From positions 558,001-622,000 of the forward strand of contig JAXLNO010001166.1 in the NCBI GenBank assembly GCA_038087875.1: 64,000 nt of DNA. Reading direction: 5' to 3'. Source of the stretch: Malacoraja senta (taxonomy: Eukaryota). Below the pieces are notes generated by a model. It searched no databases, was not told the origin of the DNA, and saw only the letters and a program-made list of their open reading frames with translations. This document shows, one piece after another, positions 22,121-33,450 of this stretch (its first letter is position 1; each line of letters opens with the position of its first letter). Position numbers and translations under genes: made by a program.

Positions 22121-25100
22121 TAGCAATGTTACAAAATTTTGAGATTTTAAAAATCAAGTCTGTAATTTATCCCATCAGATAAAGCATTACAAGAAGTTTA
22201 ATTTGACACCTAATTCACTTTGATATCTTCAGTATTAAAAAAGTTATGGCCATTTTCATACTCGGAAATTAGCATCTTGTTCCCTATTGCCTTTCCATTG
22301 ACTTGTCTCAAAAGCTGTGATCGAGGACAGTCAAAAGCCCATAACTTTCTTAAAAATTAAGAGAACTGAATGAAATTTTCAGTTATTATAGATTGAAGCA
22401 TTCTGAAACAAATATAAAATAATCTTACTTGGATGACCTGAAATTGCAGCATATAATTAGTTAGTTACTTAATTGTAGCTAATTACAAAATTGACCGATG
22501 TGACGGAAATAGTAATAAACACCCAGACTGCTTTGAAAATTCAAAAATGTGATATTCTCAAGATCAGAACTTTAATATTATTGTATTATATGCTGTAAGT
22601 CCGTAACAGATAGGTAATTAATTTACAATTTCTAGCAAAAGACCAAATCTTTAAGGAGAAGATCAGCTGCTAGCTGGTACATTGGCATATCAAAATCAGT
22701 AGCATCATCATACTCGTCAGATTGCAACCAATAAGCAACTCTGTACACCTTGTTTTTCCTCAACTTTTCAATTTTGGCATTGTAAACTACAGGTTTTTGC
22801 TCTTCAAACCACACATGACATGCCTTTCTGCCCACTACTTTCCCATTAAGTATGTCCTGTAGATCATCACATTTGGAGTAGTCCAAATTTGGATAATCTC
22901 TGCGAATGCTGTTTAAATCAGTCTCTTTCAATTTTTTTTCTATTTTTTTCCTCTCTTTCGTGTCCCGAGCATGCTCCTTGCCTTTCTGTCGCTTGATGAT
23001 TTCTGCTCTCAATTCCTTCTGTTTTTTCTTCCGTCTGTTCCTCTGCACTCTCCCCAATTTCATTGCCTTACAGAGCACCTCCTCCCTACGATGCTCCTCG
23101 AGATTATCAAGGTAATTGACTGTTCTATTCTTGCAGGCCCGCATCCTACATGACAAATAACACATGGTGGCATTGGGAGATTTCTGTTTCGATGAGCTAA
23201 ACATCCCCATTATCTCCTCCGCATCAATGTTGTGTGATCTTGCTGATGCAGTCTCCTCCTTCAGTTTCTCAGTAACATCAAGTTCAAAGTATTTACTATA
23301 TTGCCTCTCCAACACAGTGATGACAGCTTGAAGACAGCTCCTCATCTTTGAACTGAACTGTGGATGTATTGGTAGCTCCCAAAGTTTTTTCAATGTGGCG
23401 TCAAGATGTACCTCCTCACCGAAGAAATCTTCCCTTGCCAATATGATGTTCTCTGGATTTTCTGTGGCTTCCTTTAGAGCAGCAATCACCCCTTTAACCA
23501 CTTTGATGCCATCAACATGGTTGATCTGATTCTGGCTTGAAGTGTAGAAGCGTTTCATCCAAGGCCCAGTCAGATATTTGCCAAGTAAGCCCAATATCTG
23601 AAGTTCTACTTTTGCTTCAGCCTGGGTGAAGTCATGGAGGATGGCGCTTTTCAACCCCCCACAGGATGTTCCGCTATTCAGCAGTGCAACAAAGTCATCA
23701 TAATATTCTATCAGCTTGCCACTAATATGAAACAGTATGTGCAATCTGTTGCCACGGTACCGTGGGAGGACACCTCGGGGGATGTTCCTGTCATCTAAAA
23801 ATGCGACAAATCCTTTTGGGTCCCCTTTTCCGTTTTTGTATCTAAGTTTGCTCATCTGCAGTATGGCATTTACTGCTAGACAGTCTTTCCCAAATAAGAA
23901 TTGTCCTCCGGATTGTTTCTGCATTTTTAGGGCTGAGCGAACTGATGTAGCAATGGAGTCAAGAGGATGCAAGTGGCAGTAGAGCTCGTTCAAATATTTA
24001 CCCCACTCACTACTCACAATTCTAATAGCAGCATGATTAGCTGCACACCTGTCACTCATTGTGTTTGAAATGTTGTCGATTATCTTTTGTCTTGTATCTT
24101 GAAAATTTGTTTGCTCATTAAAATAAATGTAAGTTTTACACAAATTGTCAATTGTTTCGCAAATATGTTGTGCATAGTCCTCAGCAGTCCCACCAGCCAA
24201 TTCATCAACTGCTGCAGAGAGACAGTTGTTTGTGGTGGTGAAATGAACACTGTTAATGTGGGTCTCTTCCTGGGTGGTTGCATCAAACCCAACAGTCAAA
24301 CCGCTTGTTGCAAGGAGCATCTCTGCTGTTTGCAACTCAGCAATAGCTCCCAATTCTCGGGCCATAACTTCAACTGCACTGCGTCGAGGAACATAATCCT
24401 GATGAAGTCCACTCCGCTTGTAGAACTGGCTTATCAGGATTGGAATGTTTGCTGTGGGAGTTTTGTTTACAATACTGTCAAACACATGCATCCTTATTGT
24501 TGAGGAGTAGGTTTTCTGGCCCACCTTTGCCTTGACAATACTGGCAGCCTGCAGATTTTCGATTGTTTCTTTGAGGACAAGATTGTCAAATTCGAGGCGT
24601 CTCACATCCTCTTCCCTGTCCTTTAAATTTTCATGAACTTTTCTGTACTGGTGAATTGAAACAGTTTTCCTCCTTTTCGTACTGCCACGAAACATCAGCA
24701 ATTGTCTGTGTGCTTTTTTAAGTTTCAAAAACTCTGCCTTGGTGTTAGCAAGCACTCGTGCAGAAGTATTATCACGTAATTTGGTTTTGAGTTCCTGAAT
24801 CTTTCTGTCCTTTAAATCTATTTGGTTTTGCTTTCTCTTTAAGGCTTGATTAACTATACGTTTGGGAGTTTTCAACCGTGCCCTAAGTTCACTGATCTTT
24901 GTGTGATACTTTGTTGAAAGAGCAGCCCTGGATTCGTACATATACTTTAGTCTTTTCGTCAATTTTTGTTTCCCTGGTGAAAGACTTAGAAATTCTCTGG
25001 TACATCTTTTTGAAACACTAGATGTCGATGGCATTGGTTCAGGTGAGGCAGCAGGTGTCGTTGGCATTGCTAGATTCAGTGGAGGATGCAGACTATGACT

Positions 25101-26393
25101 GTCATCGCCCATGTCCTCAGTGTCTTGAAATATGGGCACTTGGCTTTCGGCAGATGTCAAGGATTCAGGATCTTGAGCACCAGGCAGTGGAATGTCATCT
25201 AAAGAAATGTGTTGACTGCCTTCCGGAAGTTTAAAAGTTTCATCACAAATTTCCATAAATACTCCAAGTTCCTTGGGATTGGTGAGTTTTTTAAACTTAA
25301 GCAAAGTCCGGTTAACGAGAGTCTTCACTTTTAACTTAACAGTAACAAATGAATAGCCTTCTGCATCCGACAAAGAGAAATGTGAACTCAGCGATTTCTC
25401 TGTTTCAGGCAGACTTTTTCCAAACGAGGTATACAAGCACAAGATGTGTCCATTTTTAAGATCCCTCTTAGACTCAGGCATGACAGAGAACTTCTCTTCA
25501 AGTTGAACTCTAGCTATGCCTGCCTGGGCTTTTGGATTGACAATTTTGCATTTCTTCTTTGGAGACATCTATTTACAATGTAAATTTAAAAAAAAACACT
25601 GAACATCATTAACAGAAACAAGTTATTATTTGCAGCTTTAGAAAAAAAGGTAGAAATGATAAAGTTAAATGCTAAAACAAATAGTAAATACTCAACAAGA
25701 AAATCATCAGTTTCATCTAAATTCAATTACTAGATTTAAACATCTATCCATTTATTTAAGAATAGTTTAACATTTTTAAAAAGCTTAAGTGTCCAAATAA
25801 CATTCACACAAGAATTCACAATATAACATAATTTTTAAATCTAATTTTCATGAATTTACAGGCCAAATGGAAGGAATTGAATGTTTAATACCTGTAAATT
25901 AATGGGAATTTATATCATCTTGCGAATGGGGATTTCTGGAACGCGATTATTTGGAACGTTCATTTGCGGTGAATTTAACCCCGTATTGGCATGAAAAATA
26001 CTGCCGTTAATTCGGGGGGAAAAATCACCGTGTCGCATGAAAAAAAGTGAATTAAAGGCCTCTTAAGCAGAACGTTTATACATTAAAATAAAGCACATTC
26101 GTTTACCTTTCCCTTGTGTGAAATCCGTCCCCGTTGTTGGCGTTGACGCTTCAGAAGATGATTTTAAAATGATTCCAACGCTGAACTTGTTGGGAGATTT
26201 TTTAAACAAACTACGCAAAACGGCACCCGGAACGATTCTTTCACCGAGGCTGGTACTCCAACAAAATATAATTCAGCACAAGGAAGGAGAAACCGCGTTT
26301 TAACCCCGCCCCCCCCTTAAAGGCGCCAAAATCGCGCACACGGCCAGTGGCAGAATTACAGCGCGACTGAAGGTAAGTTTTGTAACATACCTA
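22121..26393 (-). mobile_element. Autonomous-looking hAT-type DNA transposon with 7-bp TSD (hATw-like)
   Basis: TIRs tagcaatgttacaaaa and ttttgtaacataccta (14/16 match); TSD atacaag at 22114-22120 and 26394-26400; removing the element restores the L1 ORF1 frame MDTRSQTESGKDKEF. Confidence 0.88.
22632..25568 (-). CDS. 978-aa DDE transposase, hAT/P-type with CxxH insertion domain
   Basis: Uninterrupted ORF inside the TIRs. Candidate catalytic motifs GFDATT, MSDRCAANH, HNIDAEEIMGMFS; CHLH motif; N-terminal PKKK basic stretch. Confidence 0.85.
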   Translation of the reverse strand: MSPKKKCKIVNPKAQAGIARVQLEEKFSVMPESKRDLKNGHILCLYTSFGKSLPETEKSLSSHFSLSDAEGYSFVTVKLKVKTLVNRTLLKFKKLTNPKELGVFMEICDETFKLPEGSQHISLDDIPLPGAQDPESLTSAESQVPIFQDTEDMGDDSHSLHPPLNLAMPTTPAASPEPMPSTSSVSKRCTREFLSLSPGKQKLTKRLKYMYESRAALSTKYHTKISELRARLKTPKRIVNQALKRKQNQIDLKDRKIQELKTKLRDNTSARVLANTKAEFLKLKKAHRQLLMFRGSTKRRKTVSIHQYRKVHENLKDREEDVRRLEFDNLVLKETIENLQAASIVKAKVGQKTYSSTIRMHVFDSIVNKTPTANIPILISQFYKRSGLHQDYVPRRSAVEVMARELGAIAELQTAEMLLATSGLTVGFDATTQEETHINSVHFTTTNNCLSAAVDELAGGTAEDYAQHICETIDNLCKTYIYFNEQTNFQDTRQKIIDNISNTMSDRCAANHAAIRIVSSEWGKYLNELYCHLHPLDSIATSVRSALKMQKQSGGQFLFGKDCLAVNAILQMSKLRYKNGKGDPKGFVAFLDDRNIPRGVLPRYRGNRLHILFHISGKLIEYYDDFVALLNSGTSCGGLKSAILHDFTQAEAKVELQILGLLGKYLTGPWMKRFYTSSQNQINHVDGIKVVKGVIAALKEATENPENIILAREDFFGEEVHLDATLKKLWELPIHPQFSSKMRSCLQAVITVLERQYSKYFELDVTEKLKEETASARSHNIDAEEIMGMFSSSKQKSPNATMCYLSCRMRACKNRTVNYLDNLEEHRREEVLCKAMKLGRVQRNRRKKKQKELRAEIIKRQKGKEHARDTKERKKIEKKLKETDLNSIRRDYPNLDYSKCDDLQDILNGKVVGRKACHVWFEEQKPVVYNAKIEKLRKNKVYRVAYWLQSDEYDDATDFDMPMYQLAADLLLKDLVFC

Positions 26394-29239
26394 ATACAAG
26401 ATCTCAGACAGAGTCTGGTAAGGACAAAGAGTTTGATGACTTGAAGAAATCTGTGAATGATATGAAAGATATGAAAGATGAGATTTTGAATGAAAATAAA
26501 ACTCTGATGGAAAATATGCGAAATATGATGGAAAAAATGGAAAAGATGATGAGAGTTCAAATGCTGGTAATGATGCTAGTAATCAGAAGGTGATTGATTC
26601 ACTGGACATTATGAATAAACGAATTGAGGATGTGAAAGATGGACTATCGGCGAGAATGGACAAGATGGATGAAACTACTACGGACAGGTTCACGGCTGTA
26701 CTTGAAACAGTAGCTGCAAGTATGCGCACAATTACGGAATTGGAGAAAAACACGGCTCGAGTGGTTGAAGACATGGCGAAAATGAGGCAAGAACATGAGC
26801 AAATGAAGCAAGAAAATGAACAAATGAACAGATGGTGATTCAACTGGGGAAAGTCTCAGACAAATGCCTGGGCCTGGAAGCTCGCTCTAGATGCCAGAAT
26901 TTGAGAATTCTTGGAGTCTCAGAGGGAGCCGAGGGGGAGGATGTTCGTGAGTTTGCCATGGGCTTACTTAAACAACTGCTTAATCTTTCCAAAGAACCGA
27001 AAATCGAAGTGGCTCATCGTGTTCCAAGATTTAAACAGAGATCTGGTGCGGGAAAAAAATCATCCACGTCATATTATTGTGAAATTTCGGGATATTTTAG
27101 AACTGGAAGATGTTATGAGCAAAATCAAATACGGAATGCACCTGCGGGTGGACAATGACAATATTAAGATATTCAGGGACTACCCGTATGAAATTGTGCA
27201 AAAAAGAAATAAATTGGAGAAGGTTAAGGATCTCTTAAGAGGGAAGGAAGGGATCAGATACGAGGTTTTTTATCCAGCTAAAATGCGTATTTCTTTCAAG
27301 GGTTCTGAAAAGTCATTTGCAAAGCCTGAAGATGCGTTCAAATATGCCCAAAGTATCGTTGAAAAATAGAAATCAAATGGGGGTTTTGGCAGATCTGAAC
27401 CATTCCAAGTAATGCTTTGTCTGGGGATGGCTGGACTGTTATCTATGGAATTTTGAATCAAGGACACTTTCTGTTCAAAATGAGTAAACAGCTGAACAGA
27501 AGGGAATGGTATATACCAGAAGCAGTTATCTGTTAATAGACTATAATATTAAAATCAATTGTAAGAACTTATCCTATTAATAACTTAATAAGTTATTCAT
27601 GTTAGATTAGAATACTAACAAAAATAAAATAAGAAAATTTAAAATAAAAAATAATGAACTAACATACTAATATGAATTTTTAATAAATTGAAACCTTATC
27701 TATAAGTGGGAGGAGGGGATGAGAAACGAGCACCTGGCTTATGCCCAGGGGCACGTCTCGTTAACCCCTTCAACCAACAGTTGACTATTATTGAAGTCAA
27801 AAGTATCTGTTTAATAATTAGTAGCTAAAATTGCGATATATACATGATATGTTATAATGAAATATATAGGGTAAAACTGTATTATATATCTGAATGTGAG
27901 GCCCCGTTTTAATATTTTAATATGTTATGATTAACCAAGAGAGCGGAGCTATTTGTTTAACATCACAATGGAAGTCGAAACAAGGTTTTTTCCCACCTAC
28001 AGGTGGGCCACTTGCTACAGTGCCGACTATATTAGACACTGTATTTTCACTTTTTTAGTTTTTTTTTTATTATTACCACATAAATCCACATGTTTGTGTT
28101 TTGTGTTTAGTGATAAGCGTAAAATGGATATACCAACAAAACTTAGAAATTCAAAAGTTCCCCCAATACCCAAAGACCTGGGATATGGATGCACCACAAG
28201 ATTTAAAGGTACTATAATTATTCAAAATGCAAGATGCTAAACAAAAGAACCTAGGAGGAATCTTATTCTGTAGTTGGAATATAAGAGGTATTAACGAACC
28301 TATTAAAAGGGGTAAGATACTAGCTCAGCTGAAACTGTACAACTCTGACATTATCTTCTTACAAGAAACTCATTTAAAATCTCAGGATCAGACAAGGTTG
28401 AGGGCGAAATGGATAGGTCAAACATACTATTCTTCATTTACTTCGAAATCTAGAGGTACGTCAATCATTATAAGAAAAGGTATACCATTTAAAGCAAAGA
28501 ATATCAGAACAGACATCGAAGGGAGATACTTAATAGTTAATGGAGAAATTCATGATACTCCAATTACCTTGGTAAATATATATGCGCCTAACTTTGACAA
28601 CCCTCATTTTTAAAATAAAATTTTGAACATAATTGCAGAGTCTAACTATCAAAATGTTATAATAGGAGGAGACTTTAACTGTGTTTTAGATCCATATTTA
28701 GATAAATCAAGCCAAAAACAGAGGGAATATGAAATCTAAAACCGGTGAACTTCTCAATACTTACCTAAACAATACTAATATAGCAGATGTTTGGAGAATT
28801 GTTAACCCAACTGGCAGGGAATACTCGTTTTATTCAATGGTACACAAAACATACTCACGTATAGATTATTTCCTGCTGGATACAAAATTAATCCCTCATA
28901 CTTTTAACCCAGCATACCATACAAATTCGATTTCAGACCATTCTCCACTAACTTTCTTTTTAAAACTGGAAGGAATGTCTAAGAATAAATCGTTTTGGAG
29001 ATTTAATTCTCAAATCCTAAAAGATCCATAAGCGAGTATATATTTAAAAGAACAAATGGATGCCTTTTTTCAAATAAATGACACTCCAGATATATCGTCT
29101 ACTGTATTATGGGAATCTTTTAAAGCATACATTAGGGGTATTATAATTTCCTCCCGAACTCCAAACACGTACAGGTTTGTTGGTTAATTGGCTGGGTATA
29201 AATTGTCCCTAGTGTGTGTGGGACAGTGTTAGTGCATGG

Positions 29240-30640
29240 GGATCGCTGGTCGCTCATTCTCTCTCTGTCTCTCTCTTCCCCTTAAACTCTCCCTCTGTTC
29301 ATCTCTCTTTCTCTCTCTCTCTCTGTCACACTATCTCCCTCTCCCTCTCTATACCTCTCCCTCTCTCTCCCTCTCCCTCTCTCTCCCTCTCCCTCTCTCC
29401 CTCTCCCTCTATCTCCCTCTGTCTCTCGTTCTCCCCGCTCTCTCCCTTTCTCTCTATCGTACTCTCTCGCTTTCTCTCTCATTCTGTCTCTTTCTCTCTC
29501 TCGTTCTCTCTCTCTCTCTCCCCCTTCTCTCTTTCCCCCTCTCTCTCCACTCTCTCTCCACTCTCTCTCCTCTTCCTTTCTCCCTCCCTCTCTCTCTCCC
29601 CTATCTCTCTCTCCCTCTCCCCCTCTCGCTCTCCCCCACTCTCTCTCTCCATCTCTCTCCATCCCTCTCTCTATCTCTTCTCCCTCTCTCTCTCCCCCCT
29701 CTCTCGCTATTTCTCTCGTCTCTCTCTCTGTCTCTGTCTCTCTATCTCTCACTCGTTCTCTCTCCCCCTCTCACCCTCTGTCTCTCGCTCTCCCATCTCT
29801 CCCTCTCTTTCTACCCTTTCTCCCTCTCCCCTGTCTCTCTCCACTCTCTCTCTGTGTCCCCCTCTCTCTCTGTCCCCCTCTCTCTCTGCCCCCTCTCTCT
29901 CCCTCCCTCTCTCCTCTCTCTATTTCTCTCNNNNNNNNNNNNNNNNNNNNNNNNNNNNNNNNNNNNNNNNNNNNNNNNNNNNNNNNNNNNNNNNNNNNNN
30001 NNNNNNNNNNNNNNNNNNNNNNNNNNNNNNNNNNNNNNNNNNNNNNNNNNNNNNNNNNNNNNNNNNNNNNNGTCCCTCTCTCATTCTATCTCTCTCTTCC
30101 CCTCACTCTCTTCCCCTCTCTCTCTCTCTCTTTCCCTCTCAATTTCCCCTCTCTTCCATCTCTCTCTGCCCCTCTCTCTCCCCATCTATTTCCCTTCTCC
30201 CCTCCCTCTGTCCTCTCTCTCTCTCTGTCCCTCTCTCTTTCTATCTCTCTCTGTCACTCTCATCTCTCTTCCCCTCTCTCTCCCCCCTCTCTCTCCCTCT
30301 TTCTTTTCCCTCTCTCTCCCATCACAATCCCCTCCCCCCTCTATCTCTCCTTGTCTCTCTCTCTTCCTGTCTCTCTCCGACTCTCGCTCTCCCCATCTCT
30401 TTCTCCCGTGTCTCTCCCCTCTCCCTCTCCCTCTCCCCTCTCCCTCTCCCCCTCTCTCTCTCTCCCCTCTCTCCCTATCTCCACCCCTCTCAAGCCCTCT
30501 CTCTCTCCCCTTCTCTCCCACCCTCTCTCTCTCTCCTTTCTCCCCCTCTCTCCCCCCCACTACTCCCCTCTTTCTCTCCCCCTCTCTCTCCCCGTCTCCC
30601 TCTCTCCCCGTGTCTCACTCTCTCTCCGTTTCTCCCTCTC

Positions 30641-30698
<58 letters not shown>

Positions 30699-33076
30699 AT
30701 CTATATATCTCTCTCTCTCTCTCTCTCTCTCACTCACTCCACCTCTCCATCTCTCTCTCCCCACTCTCTCCCCTCTCTCTCCCCCCTTCTCTCCCTCCCT
30801 CTCTCTTTCATTCCCCTCCCCTCTCTCTCCCACTTCCCCTCTCTCACCCACTCTCTCTCCCACTCCCCTCCCAACTCCCCCTCTCTCTCCCCTCTCTCTC
30901 CCCATCTGCCTCCACCTCCCCCACCCCAGAGAGAGAGAGAGAGGTAGGAGAGGGGGAGGGGGAGCGAGAAATAGAGAGATAGAGAGCAGTGAGAAGGTGA
31001 GAGAGAGAGAGAGAGAGAGAGAGAAGAGAGAGGGAGAGAAAGAGAGAGGTGGAGAGAGATAGAATGGGGGGGGGAGAGAGGGTGGAAGGAAAGAGAGAGG
31101 GAGAGAAAGAGAGTGAGCGAGAGAATATGTGAGAGAGAAAGAGAGAGAGATGGAGAGACAGAGACAGGGTGAAGGAGGGAGAGAGAGAGAGACAGAGAGA
31201 GGGGGAGAGGGAGAGGGGAGTGAGTGATAGATGGAATAGAGTGATAGACAGATAGAGACAGAGATGGAGATAGTGTTAGTGTGCGGGGATCGCTGGTCGG
31301 CACGGGCTCGGTGGGCCGAAGGGCCTGTTTCCGACCTGTATCTCTGAAGCGGAGAGTTTGGGGCCTGGTTCAAGATGGCTGACTTCTGCCTCCTGTTTCC
31401 GACCTGTATCTCTGAAGGTGAGAGTTTGGGGCCTGGTTCAAGATGGCCAACTTCTGCCTCCTGTTTCCGACCTGTATCTCTGAAGGGGAGAGTTTGGGGC
31501 CTGGTTCAAGATGGCTGACGTCTGTTTCCGCTCTGTATCCAAACTAAACACAGTTTCCTTCCTTTGCCCCCTCCCCCCCAGCATGTGGATCATGTCTCCC
31601 CGCGAGTGTGAGAGTCGTCCTCACCACCTCCTCCCTGCTCACATTCTACCTGGACATTCTACCCTGTACTGTCTCCACTCTCCCCCTCTCGCCCCCCTCT
31701 CTCCCTCTCTCTCCCCCTCCCTATCTCCCACCTCCCTCTCTGCCCTCCCTCTCACCCCCTCTCTCCCCTCCCTCTCACCCCCTCTCTCTCCCTCCCTTTC
31801 CCCCCTCCCTCTCTCCCCCCTCCCTCTCTCCCCCTCTCTTTCCCTGTCTCTCTTCCCCTCTCTAACTCCCCCTCTCCCCACCCCCTCTTCTCCCTTGAAC
31901 CCCCCTCTGCCTCTCGCTACCGCCCCCCATTGCCGCCCCATCCCCATCTAACCCCCCCTCTCCCCACCCCCTCTTCTCCCACCTCTCCCCCTCTGTCCGC
32001 CCTCCCCATCACCTCCCTCTCCCCCTTTCTCTGTCACCCATCTCCCTCTCTCCCCTCCCTCTCTCATCCCTCCTTCTCTCCCCATCTCATCCTCCTCTCT
32101 CAACCCTCTCTCCCCTGCCTCCTCCCCTCTCTCTCCTCCCACTCTCTCCCCCCTCTCTGGCCCTTCTCTCTCTCCCTCTCTCTTTCTCTCCCTCTCTCTC
32201 CCCCTCCTCTCTCCCACCCTCCTCGCTCCCCCCTCAACCCCCTCCTCTCTCCCCCTCCACTTTCCCCCCTGCTCTCTTTCTCCTTCTCCCCCCACTCCCC
32301 CTCTCTCTCCCACCCCTTTCTCCTCCCCTCTACCACCTCCTCTCTCCCCCTCTTCTCCCCCTAATCTCTCCCCTCCTAATCTCCCCCTCCTCTCTCTCTT
32401 CTCCTCCTCTATCCCCCTCCCTCTCTCTACCCCCAGTCTCCCCCCTGCCTGTGTGTGTGTGGGGGGGGGGGGTGAGTCGCTGTCTCCATCTCTCTCTCTC
32501 TCTCCTGCCATCCATCTTTCGCCCAAATCCTCAATTTTCACTCAATTCTACATTTTCCCCTCAATGTCTCNNNNNNNNNNNNNNNNNNNNNNNNNNNNNN
32601 NNNNNNNNNNNNNNNNNNNNNNNNNNNNNNNNNNNNNNNNNNNNNNNNNNNNNNNNNNNNNNNNNNNNNNNNNNNNNNNNNNNNNNNNNNNNNNNNNNNN
32701 NNNNNNNNNNNNTCTCCTACCCTCCCCACCCCACCCCAACGCGGACAAGAGAGAGAGGGAGAGAGACAGAGAGAGAGAGTGAGGGGGAGAGAGAGAGGGA
32801 CAGGGCGAGAGAGCGGGGGANNNNNNNNNNNNNNNNNNNNNNNNNNNNNNNNNNNNNNNNNNNNNNNNNNNNNNNNNNNNNNNNNNNNNNNNNNNNNNNN
32901 NNNNNNNNNNNNNNNNNNNNNNNNNNNNNNNNNNNNNNNNNNNNNNNNNNNNNNNNNNNNNNNNNNNNNNNNNNNNNNNNNNNNNNNNNNNNNNNNNNNN
33001 NNNNNNNNNNNNNNNNNNNNNNNNNNNNNNNNNNNNNNNNNNNTTTTCTCTCTCGCTCTCTAACTCTCTCCCTCAC
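29240..33076. repeat. Very long low-complexity (CT)/(GA) tracts with N gaps
   Basis: Polypyrimidine 29240-30928, polypurine 30929-31265, polypyrimidine 31650-32430; gaps at 29931-30071, 32571-32712, 32821-33043 (and 33077-33237). Confidence 0.95.
31324..31545 (+). repeat. About 67-bp tandem repeat (x3) in a SINE tail
   Basis: cctgtttccgacctgtatctctgaag..gagagtttggggcctggttcaagatggc repeated. Confidence 0.85.
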
Positions 33077-33240
33077 NNNNNNNNNNNNNNNNNNNNNNNN
33101 NNNNNNNNNNNNNNNNNNNNNNNNNNNNNNNNNNNNNNNNNNNNNNNNNNNNNNNNNNNNNNNNNNNNNNNNNNNNNNNNNNNNNNNNNNNNNNNNNNNN
33201 NNNNNNNNNNNNNNNNNNNNNNNNNNNNNNNNNNNNNGAT

Positions 33241-33450
33241 CTAGCACCAGTCTCCAGAACAGGTCCTCTGACGTCACCTGTTGCTAAGGGGAGGTGGGGG
33301 ACCTCTGATTGGTCGCTGTGTACCCCCCATACAGCATCATCTGTTGTCGGGGAATGGAAGGGGGCTACTGATTGGCCGAAGGGGAAGCGGAAGATCCAAT
33401 CCGATTGGCTGCCGCACCCCATCGTGACGTCACCTGTTGCCAGGGCGGAG
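33241..33450 (-). promoter_or_regulatory. Candidate MHC-type SXY promoter (three X boxes, two CREs, four CCAAT boxes)
   Basis: Minus strand: CCCTGGCAACAGGTG-ACGTCA (33445-33425), CCCGACAACAGATG (33351-33338), CCCTTAGCAACAGGTG-ACGTCA (33290-33269). CCAAT/ATTGG near 33308, 33371, 33396, 33404. CpG-rich. Confidence 0.6.

Larger units (their letters stand above)
21843..29155 (+). mobile_element. L1-clade LINE (L1-B, related to L1-A), interrupted and 3'-truncated
   Basis: 5' UTR homologous to L1-A; ORF1 starts MSKLSPAKSPQ near 21997 and resumes at 26401; ORF2 endonuclease at 28227-29150 breaks off into SINE sequence. Confidence 0.88.

Noticed and set aside
31583-31680. Plus-strand acceptor followed by hydrophobic frame SVRVVLTTSSLLTFYLDILP
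   Set aside because: No donor before it dissolves into CT repeats; no recognised homology.
29216-33422. Long Ser/Leu/Pro- or Arg/Glu-rich ORFs up to 608 aa
   Set aside because: Translations of (CT)n/(GA)n low-complexity DNA and N runs; no coding signature.
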